This document shows positions 1 to 8,930 of a stretch of 46,955 nt of DNA, in pieces. A program made the position numbers and the translations under genes. Every line of letters starts with the position of its first letter. Position 1 is the stretch's first letter. Location: the IMG/VR virus record IMGVR_UViG_643348547_000013; one strand, given 5' to 3'. Source of the DNA: a virus. Taxonomy: Duplodnaviria > Heunggongvirae > Uroviricota > Caudoviricetes. Under the pieces are notes generated by a model. That model did not search any database, had not been told where the DNA came from, and was given only the letters and a program-made list of their open reading frames with translations.

Positions 1-90
1 TTGCCTCCCCCCCGTTGATGGGTAAAATAGCCGCAATTTTTCGTTTTCAACAAGCGCGGCGCGATGCCGCTTACTCAAGAAGAAAGAATT

Positions 91-165
91 ATGACGTTGT
101 CTCCTTATTTGCAAGAGGTGGCGAAGCGCCGCACTTTTGCCATTATTTCTCACCCCAATAATTAA
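91..165 (+). pseudogene. prfC: prfC (release factor RF3) 5' fragment, interrupted after codon 22 by the prophage
   Basis: ATG at 91 translates [22 protein letters not shown], which I recall as the RF3 N-terminus; after 'caccc' (about 155) the frame reads NN-stop instead of the expected GTPase P-loop, marking a host/phage junction. Confidence 0.65.
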
Positions 166-319
166 GCCTAAATTAAAGCTCTTTTACTCTTTCAAAATCC
201 TTTCAGTTAATTGAGGTTGAGCAATATAACTCATTTAAATACATTTAGTTATGTGGCTTCTTTAATTGAAAATTCTTTCATGTAACTTTAAATCGATCTG
301 CTTGCTTTCATCAAAAATC

Positions 320-379
320 TGTACATATGCTTGTACATAATGTACAAAGCAGCAGAGGTGTTTTGCGATTTGTACAAGG
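320..379. promoter_or_regulatory. cluster of four TGTACA motifs immediately upstream of the integrase start
   Basis: TGTACA at 320, 332, 341 and 371; the same TGTAC(A/C) half-site forms the palindrome between repressor and cro (8068-8086). Confidence 0.3.
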
Positions 380-385
380 TGAGTA

Positions 386-1609
386 ATGGCGCTGTCTGAT
401 GCGTGGTTGCGTTCAGTCGTTGGAAAGGAACGTGATAAGGTTTTGGTTAAATCCGATCGTGATGGTCTGTCTGTCAGAGTATCACCGAAAGGTCGCGTAG
501 TGTTCCAATATCGTTATCAATGGGCAGGGAAAGGTGAGCGTCTTGATATCGGAACTTACCCGGCAACTGGATTAAAAGAGGCCAGAGAAGAAGTTATCCG
601 TCTCCGTGGTGAACTCGAGTCAAACCGTAATCCACGATTGGTCAAGCAGGCTGAAAAACGAAAAGCTACTGAAGCCATGACGGTAGAGTCTGTGATCCGT
701 GCCTGGTATGAAGCATATTGTGTAAAAAATAAAAAAGGCTCTGAACAGATACTCCGCTCGTTTGAGCTGCACCTGTTCTCTAAAATCGGGAATATCCCTC
801 ACGATGCAGCTACATTGCATGATTGGTTAGAAGTCCTGGAGCCTCTTAGCACTAAGACTCCAGCAATAGCAGACCGATTGCTAATTAACGCAAAGCAGGC
901 CCATGTCTGGGCGTATAAGAGAAAGCTCATTGAAACTCGCCCGCTGTCGGATATCACGGGTAAAGATATGGATATCCGTAAAGGTCAGAAGAAACGGTTT
1001 CTGACACATGATGAAATTAAAATCCTTTATGCTGCGATCGATGGTTCTCGAATGGTTCCTAAATACCGGGCCTTCATTAAACTATTGCTGCATTTTGGCT
1101 GCCGTAGTTCAGAGCTAATTACCGCCAGGGTGGACGATTTTGATTTCATTAATAAAGTATGGACTGTACCACCAGAACGACATAAGACTGGGGAGATAAC
1201 GGGCGAACCGCTAAAACGGCCCATTATTGAACCGGTTGAAGAGCTTATAAAGTACGCTATTTCTATGAACAATGGTTCCGATATGCTTTTTACTAAGGAA
1301 GGAAGCAGGGAACCCGTTGGTCGGACATCATTGCAGTCGCTGCCTTACAATTTAATGCAGTATGCATGGCGGCGTTTGGGGTATCAATTCCCTCATTGGT
1401 CTCTGCATGATTTGAGGCGAACAGCACGAACAAACTTTTCTGATCTTACTGCGCCTCATATCGCAGAAATAATGCTCGGTCATAAACTGCCGGGGGTATG
1501 GCAAGTTTATGACAAGAGTGATTATTTAGAAGAACAGCGTAAAGCCTACCAGGCATGGTGGGAGAGAGTTGAATCGATTGTTACTTGTTCTGGTTCAGAC
1601 ACCAACTGA
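386..1609 (+). CDS. tyrosine site-specific integrase, P4/IntS-like
   Basis: 407-aa ORF with C-terminal HDLRRT...Y region typical of P4-family integrases; sits at the prophage/host junction. Confidence 0.9.
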   Translation: MALSDAWLRSVVGKERDKVLVKSDRDGLSVRVSPKGRVVFQYRYQWAGKGERLDIGTYPATGLKEAREEVIRLRGELESNRNPRLVKQAEKRKATEAMTVESVIRAWYEAYCVKNKKGSEQILRSFELHLFSKIGNIPHDAATLHDWLEVLEPLSTKTPAIADRLLINAKQAHVWAYKRKLIETRPLSDITGKDMDIRKGQKKRFLTHDEIKILYAAIDGSRMVPKYRAFIKLLLHFGCRSSELITARVDDFDFINKVWTVPPERHKTGEITGEPLKRPIIEPVEELIKYAISMNNGSDMLFTKEGSREPVGRTSLQSLPYNLMQYAWRRLGYQFPHWSLHDLRRTARTNFSDLTAPHIAEIMLGHKLPGVWQVYDKSDYLEEQRKAYQAWWERVESIVTCSGSDTN

Positions 1610-1781
1610 CAGTTTGCATATTTTGAACGCAATAAAATATGACAGTCCGCTTTGAGCGAGGAGCGGATATATGATGTTTAGAAAACGCGCGATTTGCAGT
1701 TAAGCAATCTAAGTTACTGATGTACTATACTGGAACTGCTGGCCAGTTTGTGTTGAACACCATCATTATCACAATAAGGAA

Positions 1782-3035
1782 ATGAAAGTCGAAATGAATA
1801 CTAAACTTTTGGCCTATTTAAACAATGAGTTACATGGAGTGTGGATAGATAGTGAAAATCGTAATATCCACATAATACTTAAATCAAGCCTTCCTATAAT
1901 TAAATCCGTCTGGTCAGGAGCACCTATCCACTTTTTGGTAGGTTTATCTACTAAAAATATACTAGTGATTGGGATGTTGATTGAAGATAATGTCGATAAT
2001 CCATTTTTACTAGCCTATCCACCAAGAGAGGCAGATGAAATTAAAGGGCTGGATTTGTTATTGTCAGGCGCTTATGATGGTATTCTATTATCATTTTTTG
2101 ACTCGCATACAATGCGTGTTATGGACCTGAAAATAAAAATTTCGGAAAATTTACCGTGTGAATGTTTAAAAAAATTTTGTGCTAATTCATATTCTCTCAA
2201 TTCAGGATTTAGGGAAGGTAATGAAGCAATGGATGAATTCTGCAACAATGCTTTGACTGGTAACGAGAAAATAATTAGTCTGCCACTAAGTGTAATCGAT
2301 AAAAAATCTTACCTAGCAAGTGTTCATGAACCAAACGATACCGTATTAACATATGAATTTAGCGTCAGTGAAAACGGCTCTGAGGGATATGAGCAGGAAG
2401 CTCTTATATACCATGCTTTGCGGCAGGTCTTTTCACCGGAGGAAGTGTTTTTTTCTCCAGATATTATTGAGGGTAATAAAAAAAGAGAACTAGTTGATAT
2501 TCTTATTGTAGAAAATGACTATGTATTATCTATACAGTCTAAAGCATCATCTTTGATTGAAATGGGTTTAAAATCTCATGAAAAGCTTTGTAGCATGTAT
2601 AAGAAAAAAGCATTGCAAGGGATCGATCAGGTTAAAGGCGTTATCCCAATTCTAAATAATGATGTGGTTATTAATTATGACGGGAGGGAATGCTTAATAA
2701 AGCGCAGAAAGGGTATTTATCATTTAGTGATAATCTCAGATCTTGTTTTAGAGAAAGAAGGTGCTGAAAAGATTTATAACGAAATTAGCAACCTTAAAGA
2801 GTCAAAAGGGGCGAAAGTTTTAGTTATGAGCCTTGAAGGTCTTGTAAATTTTATAAGACTATCAAGATTAAATAAAAGAATGTTTTGGGCAATGCTGGAG
2901 ACTAAATACAAGTTCAGCATAAAAAACCGTACAATTTTAATTAGAGATATCGACTCTAGCCAAGAGAATAATCTACCATTACTTGCCACTGATCAATACC
3001 TATCACTTCTTCGAGGTACGGGAAAATTAAAATAA
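1782..3035 (+). CDS. hypothetical protein, AT-rich orphan cargo gene between int and xis
   Basis: Uninterrupted 417-aa ORF, visibly AT-rich against GC-richer flanks, convergent with the downstream early operon; no family recognised; possible D239...E244...QSK254 nuclease-like motif. Confidence 0.6.
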   Translation: MKVEMNTKLLAYLNNELHGVWIDSENRNIHIILKSSLPIIKSVWSGAPIHFLVGLSTKNILVIGMLIEDNVDNPFLLAYPPREADEIKGLDLLLSGAYDGILLSFFDSHTMRVMDLKIKISENLPCECLKKFCANSYSLNSGFREGNEAMDEFCNNALTGNEKIISLPLSVIDKKSYLASVHEPNDTVLTYEFSVSENGSEGYEQEALIYHALRQVFSPEEVFFSPDIIEGNKKRELVDILIVENDYVLSIQSKASSLIEMGLKSHEKLCSMYKKKALQGIDQVKGVIPILNNDVVINYDGRECLIKRRKGIYHLVIISDLVLEKEGAEKIYNEISNLKESKGAKVLVMSLEGLVNFIRLSRLNKRMFWAMLETKYKFSIKNRTILIRDIDSSQENNLPLLATDQYLSLLRGTGKLK

Positions 3036-3320
3036 ATTGTATCAATGATACTGTTGCCACGTATCGAGACTGGCTTATGAACGGAAGGGTTTTCCAGCAG
3101 TTCAGCGACCGGAGCTGCACATCGATGCCGGATTGTGCCTGCAATTATGTACTTGGCTAAGAGGTGCTGCTGGCTCTGGATAGAATAACCCTAACGTCCA
3201 AAGAGCGCGCATTTTCATGTAAAAAAATAAATAGCTTGTCTGCTCTTGATACAGAGCAGACAGTCAGATCTGTTTGGCTTGTGCCATAGATGTGCCAGCT
3301 CACATTTGAGCTAATGTTTG

Positions 3321-3515
3321 TTACTCAATTACTCCTGCAAACCTGTATATCTTACGTGATGCCCATTTATTTGGGCAGGATTTAATATCAGGATCTGGAA
3401 AATCAGGCCGATATTTCTGACCAGTCCTCCGGTTTACACTGTTCCAGCGAAGCACCGTCGATATTGAAACGCCACAGAATTCGGCGACTTGTTTTGTTGT
3501 CATTAAGTTGTTCAT
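3321..3515 (-). CDS. excisionase / AlpA-like HTH DNA-binding protein
   Basis: Start chosen at internal Met (MNNLMTTKQVAEFCGVSISTVLRW) preceded by AGGAGGG; ATGA overlap with upstream gene stop; helix-turn-helix signature. Confidence 0.7.
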   Translation of the reverse strand: MNNLMTTKQVAEFCGVSISTVLRWNSVNRRTGQKYRPDFPDPDIKSCPNKWASRKIYRFAGVIE

Positions 3516-3859
3516 TGTTGACCCTCCTGTGGTTGTGCAGTTGAAAGACTCATGCCCGCGCGTTGTTGCCAGACGACCCAGCCGAGAGCCATATCCCACG
3601 CCATGTACTCGTTATCACCGTTTTTTGCTCTCCGACGATCGACTGTTTTACCGAAACGCTTTTCCATAAATAATTCATAGGCTGCGCGTTCATCTGGCTC
3701 AACTTCCAGAGATGCCAGTGCAATCCGTGCCAGTTCTAAATCATCTTCAAGCTCAGCGCGAATCTCAGCGAATGCACTCTGTGTTAAGGCGAACTCAATG
3801 CTCTGCACTTTATTCCGTGCGCGCTCAAGCAGTGCATGGTAGTTAATTTCGGTTGTCAT
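3512..3859 (-). CDS. hypothetical phage early protein
   Basis: 115-aa ORF with RBS (gaggtagg) and translational coupling to neighbours. Confidence 0.6.
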   Translation of the reverse strand: MTTEINYHALLERARNKVQSIEFALTQSAFAEIRAELEDDLELARIALASLEVEPDERAAYELFMEKRFGKTVDRRRAKNGDNEYMAWDMALGWVVWQQRAGMSLSTAQPQEGQQ

Positions 3860-4734
3860 ACCCCTACCTCTTCGAATTTCAATACCAATTGATCACCCCA
3901 GATTTCACATGACTCTGAACACGAGCCGGTATCGAATCGCCTGGCCTGTACCATCGCCTGATACAAATTTCTGTAGTCGCTGTTGGCAGACATTCTGGCA
4001 ATTCCGTCAAGCGTCAGGTGACCACGGTACATAACGTCTTTACCTGTTCTGCGATGACCATCCCTGACGTGTTTGCCTGTAACCAGCTCATTAAAAACTC
4101 GCATCAGACCAGGTTCGTCTTTACATGCAAGCCCCAGCTTTTGCGTTGACTTTTTGATGCAGAAAACACAGTTCCCGAGATGCTCCGGGATTTGCAAATC
4201 AAAAGGTTGTTTTCGCCACCACCGGATAACATCCGACTTATCAAAATCTGACAGTTCGGCAAGATACCGGACGCCCGATTTCGGTTTCAGCCTACGGGGT
4301 TCGTCTGCACGAATACCCAGCCATGTGATGTAATTACCTCGCCCGAAATGGTTATCGCAGTATTTCGTGAAAGGGATGAGTTTTAGCCTGTCAGTACAGA
4401 ACGCGCCGCCGATGTATGGCGTGCCGTACTTTTTAACCATGTCCATAAACGGTTTAAGTACCGACATTCGCGTCTGAATATCCTTTGGCTCCCATTCTGT
4501 ATAACCATTTGGCTGCCCAAGCTCAGGATTGATATCGACCTGCAACACAGTTAGTGGTATGCCCCAGAACTTCACAACCTCCCGAATAAAGCGGTATGTC
4601 AGCGGATGTTCGCAACCGGTATCCATAAAGATGTAGCAGACGTTATTGACAGCCTTTCTTTGTTCTTCCATCAGGTGAACAAGATATGCAGATGTTCTCC
4701 CGCCGGAAAAACTAACTACATGAGTTATGCACAT
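3856..4734 (-). CDS. PAPS-reductase-like (PP-loop ATP pyrophosphatase family) protein
   Basis: N-terminal SFSGGRTS PP-loop motif; GGAG RBS 9 nt upstream of ATG at 4734. Confidence 0.8.
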   Translation of the reverse strand: MCITHVVSFSGGRTSAYLVHLMEEQRKAVNNVCYIFMDTGCEHPLTYRFIREVVKFWGIPLTVLQVDINPELGQPNGYTEWEPKDIQTRMSVLKPFMDMVKKYGTPYIGGAFCTDRLKLIPFTKYCDNHFGRGNYITWLGIRADEPRRLKPKSGVRYLAELSDFDKSDVIRWWRKQPFDLQIPEHLGNCVFCIKKSTQKLGLACKDEPGLMRVFNELVTGKHVRDGHRRTGKDVMYRGHLTLDGIARMSANSDYRNLYQAMVQARRFDTGSCSESCEIWGDQLVLKFEEVGV

Positions 4735-4755
4735 TTGCGTAACTCCGATAACTCG

Positions 4756-5250
4756 TTAAAACGTTCCATAAACATCCCGTAGGCATGTCCTGGTGCCAGT
4801 GGAATCACTTTGAACATCGATACCTTCCAGTACAGGCCAGAAAGAGCCATCATCAAGCCCGAGATCGCGGCGTTCGGTTGCCAGCATAATGAGATCGGCA
4901 TATTTCACTGGCGTGCTCATAACAGGAGGTAACCCGTATTTCTCACGGATTACGGCGTCTATTTTTTCTTCCATCTGTTTATAGTCAGGAAGAAGGCGTT
5001 TCAGTGGCGCGGGGATGTCCTGACAATACGCTTCTGTTGCATCATGCATTAACGCTTCAAAAGCAAACTCCTCCGGAACCAGTTTGCTGCAAAGCACCGC
5101 ATGTTGGGCGACGCTGTAGAAGTGTGAAAGATGACCGGCAAAGCGACAGATATTTGAAAGGGAAACTGCGATATCGTTAATCACGATGTCGTCTTTATTT
5201 ATCCTGTCATAATAAAAATGCTTCCCGGAAAAAGTTTTAATAAATGACAT
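4756..5250 (-). CDS. yfdR: HD-domain phosphohydrolase (YfdR-like 5'-deoxynucleotidase family)
   Basis: H..H and HD motifs (HFYSVAQHAVL ... MHDATEAY); start set at internal Met (MSFIKTF) preceded by GGAG; the longer annotated start has no RBS. Confidence 0.7.
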   Translation of the reverse strand: MSFIKTFSGKHFYYDRINKDDIVINDIAVSLSNICRFAGHLSHFYSVAQHAVLCSKLVPEEFAFEALMHDATEAYCQDIPAPLKRLLPDYKQMEEKIDAVIREKYGLPPVMSTPVKYADLIMLATERRDLGLDDGSFWPVLEGIDVQSDSTGTRTCLRDVYGTF

Positions 5251-5378
5251 TTTGTTCTCCACTTTATATGCGCTGCACCGCGCTGAATTTTGGTTAAAGA
5301 AAACCCTCGCCATCAGGCGATTATTGAGTTAATTACGTTTCCATAAATGCCCCCGCAGGGGCATTTGCAGTAATGAAA

Positions 5379-6203
5379 TCAGGCGGTGAAAGTACCAATA
5401 AAGGTTTCTACTTTGCTGTCTTTGAATTTTTCAACAAGCAGATCACGAAATTCGTTAGCCATTTCTTCCTGCACTGCTTCCAGCTGAATAATGCGCAGAA
5501 CCAGTACAGGGCGATCACCAGTGATAATGCTGAGGCGTAATTTAAACGGACGTTCTTTCAGGCCTTCAAACGGAACGCATTTAAACTCAAATGCTACTGG
5601 CATAATGTCTTTGGTTTTCGCTTCGACAGACTCCATCAGAGAGCGTTTGCCGCTGAAGTCATTGTCTTCAAAATCAGCGGTCTGGTTTGCTTCAATCGTG
5701 ATTTTACGGACCGCCGCAGCCGCTTTTGTTGCCTGAATGGCGTCACCATTAGCATCAAAGCCCACAAGGTAGTCGGCCCAGTCTTCAATCCATTCTGCCA
5801 GTGACTTCTGGGAGTTACGCTCGCCGTTAACAGACAACAGGGCAGAGAACGGTGCTGTCTTTTTCAGTTTGAGAGTGGCGGTGTTATCTGCGTGACCTGG
5901 TTCATCAATAGTACCCAGGTTAAGCACACTGACGGCTCGCATATTATCAGCATCGATAAAGCAGCGGGTGCCTTCATCTGCAAGATCTTTAGAATAACGG
6001 GTAAAGTCATCGATGCTGGCAGTGGAAAGCGCACCACGGAAACGGAAGCGATTTAAATTAAATTTTTCCAGATCATGAATGCGGAAATTCTCAGGCAATG
6101 CCACAGCATCGGCACCAATCTTACTGATAATTTCATTAACACCCTGAGCAGAAATAAGGGCATGGATTTGATTAATTGCGGTTGCGTCTAAGTTCTGAGA
6201 CAT
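5379..6203 (-). CDS. yfdQ: YfdQ-like protein (DUF2303 family), CPS-53-type early gene
   Basis: 274-aa ORF, length and recalled sequence match the CPS-53 prophage YfdQ. Confidence 0.75.
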   Translation of the reverse strand: MSQNLDATAINQIHALISAQGVNEIISKIGADAVALPENFRIHDLEKFNLNRFRFRGALSTASIDDFTRYSKDLADEGTRCFIDADNMRAVSVLNLGTIDEPGHADNTATLKLKKTAPFSALLSVNGERNSQKSLAEWIEDWADYLVGFDANGDAIQATKAAAAVRKITIEANQTADFEDNDFSGKRSLMESVEAKTKDIMPVAFEFKCVPFEGLKERPFKLRLSIITGDRPVLVLRIIQLEAVQEEMANEFRDLLVEKFKDSKVETFIGTFTA

Positions 6204-6268
6204 AATAAGTCCTCACTATATAAAGATATTCAGTGATGAGATAAATAATCAGTTTATTAAAAACGATA

Positions 6269-6631
6269 TTAACGACCTGCTGCGCGGAGTTTTCCGTCAG
6301 GTTCACCGGCAAGAGTCAGTAATTGTCCCTGGTCTTCCTGCAGAATAGTCAGGCGACCACCGCGATTGACATACATCGGCGTTTCGGTGGTGTCTTCTTC
6401 GGAAATTTTCCCGCGGTTAGTCGGGCGAACATATGAGAGTTTGTGTTTGATTTTTACACGGTTCTCATCAAACGGTTCGATTTCCAGGTTGAGCGAGACC
6501 TTACCTTTGGTTTTCGTGTTCATCACACCGGAAGCGACTTCACTGAGAACAGCGCCGATTTTGGTTTCAAATACGCCGCCGTCCAGCTCCCCGATAAATG
6601 CCTGCACATCAGTACTGCGTTCGCTAGCCAT
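6269..6631 (-). CDS. yfdP: YfdP-like protein
   Basis: 120-aa product from Met (MASERSTDV) preceded by GAGGAG; the longer ORF-track version (to 6817) is an unsupported N-terminal extension. Confidence 0.7.
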   Translation of the reverse strand: MASERSTDVQAFIGELDGGVFETKIGAVLSEVASGVMNTKTKGKVSLNLEIEPFDENRVKIKHKLSYVRPTNRGKISEEDTTETPMYVNRGGRLTILQEDQGQLLTLAGEPDGKLRAAGR

Positions 6632-7308
6632 TTTGCTGCTCCTCATCATATCGACCCCGCAAGGTCGGTTGGTTTCTCCACAAAACAGAGAAGAACACCA
6701 GCGGTGGCAGCCGCCCGGATGGATTGGGTTATGAGCCCGTCGTCCGGTGATGCCCTTCTCTGTTTTGTAAAAAGAGCGGTACCAGCCGGAAGCAAGTGTA
6801 CAAACTGGTACCGCCAAAGCAGTGGCTGTTGTGGTGACCGGTGCTGATCTCCGGCTTGCGGTTATTTCAGACTCTCACGGGCGTTTAATTGCCCCGCCGA
6901 ACAGCTCTTTTCCGCAATAGCTGCAATGTCTTTCGCGCATCAGCCTGCGCATTCACCACAACGCTGAGAGCATTGCCGGTGTCCGAATCGAACGGACCTT
7001 TTCCCTGCCCAACCCTCCCATCTGAATGGGACTGTCTGGAATTGAACCAGCACTTATGCCTTGCTCGTCAATGCTCTCATCGTTGCGTCCTGGTCTCTTC
7101 CCAAGCGTCAAACCGAATCGCCACGCTGGTTAGGCGTCTTATCAGCATCCTCATTGACTTGCACATTCCGGCTACCTGGTTTGTTTGCCCGAGCAAGGAG
7201 TGGATTATCCCCTTTAACGTCCCCAGACCGCTAACGACGCATGTGCCATACGCCGTGTTACAACCAAATTTTGTTTGAATCTTGCCTGCCTCATGTTTCT
7301 TTTGGATA

Positions 7309-7337
7309 CATTATGTATCTCAAGGGTACATTGTCAA
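7309..7337 (-). promoter_or_regulatory. candidate leftward early promoter (pL-like)
   Basis: On the minus strand TTGACA (plus 7332-7337), 17-nt spacer, CATAAT (plus 7309-7314); overlaps the 15-bp perfect palindrome GATACATTATGTATC (7304-7318). Confidence 0.4.
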
Positions 7338-7341
7338 GTAT

Positions 7342-7363
7342 AAAAAAACCTGCCGAAGCAGGT
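7342..7363 (-). terminator. rho-independent terminator downstream of the repressor gene
   Basis: Hairpin ACCTGC-CGAA-GCAGGT followed by a U7 run on the minus strand, just past the repressor stop. Confidence 0.5.
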
Positions 7364-7376
7364 TCATAAATATTGA

Positions 7377-8051
7377 TTAGGCCTTTATTGTGTATCTTCT
7401 TGGTTTTCCCGAGAAAATCACTGTACCAATTATAGAGCAATTACCGTTAATCTTAATGTAAGGCTCAGGCCAGTTTGGGTTTAATGCTTTGAGATAACGC
7501 TGTGTTCCATCTTCTATCAACCGCTTGAAGGTGGTTTCGCCTGAATCGTGCATCAATGCAATAACGTCGTCACCGTGGCAGGCAGGGACTTCAGGATCAA
7601 CAAAAATCATGTCTCCCGGGCGGTACTCATCAATCATTGAATCACCAATCACCCGCAAGATATAAGTCATTTCGCCACAGGGTACAGGGCAGGGATAAGT
7701 TTCTGCTGTGCTCAAATCAACCTCAGAATAGCCAACTTCTTTCCATGCTCCGGCCTGTACCCATGATATGACAGGGACTAACGTTATTTGTTTGTTAGTG
7801 ATTGAAACATCAGGTTTTTTTGTGATGTTCGTGGTCTGGTGTTCTTGATCAAGCCATCCGACAGGCAGGTCGAAACATTTTTCGATGTGCCTTGCCATGC
7901 TGTCACCGATATTTTTAGTAGCACCATCTCCCATAAACCTGCTGGTCTGGGTTGGCTCGCGATCAATCATGGTGGCAAAGGAAGAATTCCCGCCAACACC
8001 ATCTCTCAGTTTTCTGGCGTTAGACCGCCGGATGTCATGGACTGTTTTCAT
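7377..8051 (-). CDS. CI-type phage repressor, LexA/S24 peptidase family
   Basis: 224-aa ORF with C-terminal S24 autopeptidase region (ILRVIGDSM...); divergent from cro-like gene. Confidence 0.85.
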   Translation of the reverse strand: MKTVHDIRRSNARKLRDGVGGNSSFATMIDREPTQTSRFMGDGATKNIGDSMARHIEKCFDLPVGWLDQEHQTTNITKKPDVSITNKQITLVPVISWVQAGAWKEVGYSEVDLSTAETYPCPVPCGEMTYILRVIGDSMIDEYRPGDMIFVDPEVPACHGDDVIALMHDSGETTFKRLIEDGTQRYLKALNPNWPEPYIKINGNCSIIGTVIFSGKPRRYTIKA

Positions 8052-8067
8052 AACGAAATTAAAACCT

Positions 8068-8086
8068 TTGTACCGATAGGGTACAA
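8068..8086. promoter_or_regulatory. operator palindrome in the repressor/cro intergenic region
   Basis: TTGTACC-GATAG-GGTACAA inverted repeat; candidate pR (TTGAAG, 16-nt spacer, TAATAT) lies just downstream. Confidence 0.5.
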
Positions 8087-8141
8087 GTATCTTGAAGGTT
8101 CATCTCAATCATGTAATATGTATATCGGAGGTACATATTGT

Positions 8142-8342
8142 ATGAAAGCGTATTGGGACTCTTTAACCAAAGAACAGCAGGGCGAGTTGGCCGGAAAAGT
8201 TGGCTCAACACCAGGCTATTTACGGCTGGTTTTCAATGGTTATAAAAAAGCCAGTTTTGTGCTGGCTAAAAAACTTGAGCAATGCACGTCAGGTGCAATT
8301 ACGAAATCTGACTTAAGACCGGATATCTATCCGAAAGATTAA
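8142..8342 (+). CDS. Cro-like small DNA-binding regulator
   Basis: 67-aa product from ATG at 8142 with GGAG 12 nt upstream; position and size fit cro. Confidence 0.6.
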   Translation: MKAYWDSLTKEQQGELAGKVGSTPGYLRLVFNGYKKASFVLAKKLEQCTSGAITKSDLRPDIYPKD

Positions 8343-8603
8343 CAGAACACCTTCAATTTTTAACCACAGAACGATGAGGCTAACCGTGGGTAAGCATCAC
8401 TGGAAAGTAGAAAAACAGCCTGAGTGGTACGTGAAAGCTGTCAGAAAAACTATCGCGGCGTTGCCGGGGGGGTACGCTGAAGCTGCTGAGTGGCTAGATG
8501 TAACAGAGAACGCTTTATTCAACCGCCTTCGTGCAGATGGCGATCAGATTGAACCGCCCCGGGAATCCTGGAGACTAAACTTCCTGAGAAAGAGGTAAAC
8601 AGG

Positions 8604-8930
8604 ATGACTAAAAATACTCGTTTTTCCCCCGAAGTCCGTCAACGGGCAGTCCGTATGGTTCTGGAAAGTCAGAGCGAATATGACTCACAATGGGCGACAA
8701 TTTGTTCCATTGCTCCAAAGACTGGCTGTACGCCGGAGACTCTGCGTGTCTGGGTTCGCCAGCATGAGCGGGATACCGGGGGCGGTGATGGAGGGCTCAC
8801 CACCGCTGAACGTCAGCGTCTGAAAGAGCTGGAACGTGAAAATCGTGAACTGCGCCGCAGTAACGATATCCTTCGCCAGGCTTCCGCTTATTTTGCGAAG
8901 GCGGAGTTCGACCGCCTCTGGAAAAAATGA
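8604..8930 (+). CDS. IS629 OrfA (transposase N-terminal HTH protein)
   Basis: 108-aa product [22 protein letters not shown]... recalled as IS629 OrfA; A6 slippery run at its 3' end. Confidence 0.9.
   Translation: MTKNTRFSPEVRQRAVRMVLESQSEYDSQWATICSIAPKTGCTPETLRVWVRQHERDTGGGDGGLTTAERQRLKELERENRELRRSNDILRQASAYFAKAEFDRLWKK

Noticed and set aside
4073-4333. 86-aa plus-strand ORF inside the PAPS-reductase-like gene
   Set aside because: Antisense to a gene with a clear catalytic motif and RBS; no independent support.
6975-7055. Possible tRNA on the minus strand (two T-arm-like hairpins with TTCGATT and TTCAATT loops)
   Set aside because: I could not build an acceptor stem, D-arm or anticodon arm around either hairpin and there is no 3' CCA; kept only as leader RNA structure.
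6889-7278. 129-aa plus-strand ORF in the leader between yfdP-like gene and pL
   Set aside because: No RBS, low-complexity Ser/Pro/Leu-rich product, opposite to the transcription direction expected from pL; region treated as non-coding.
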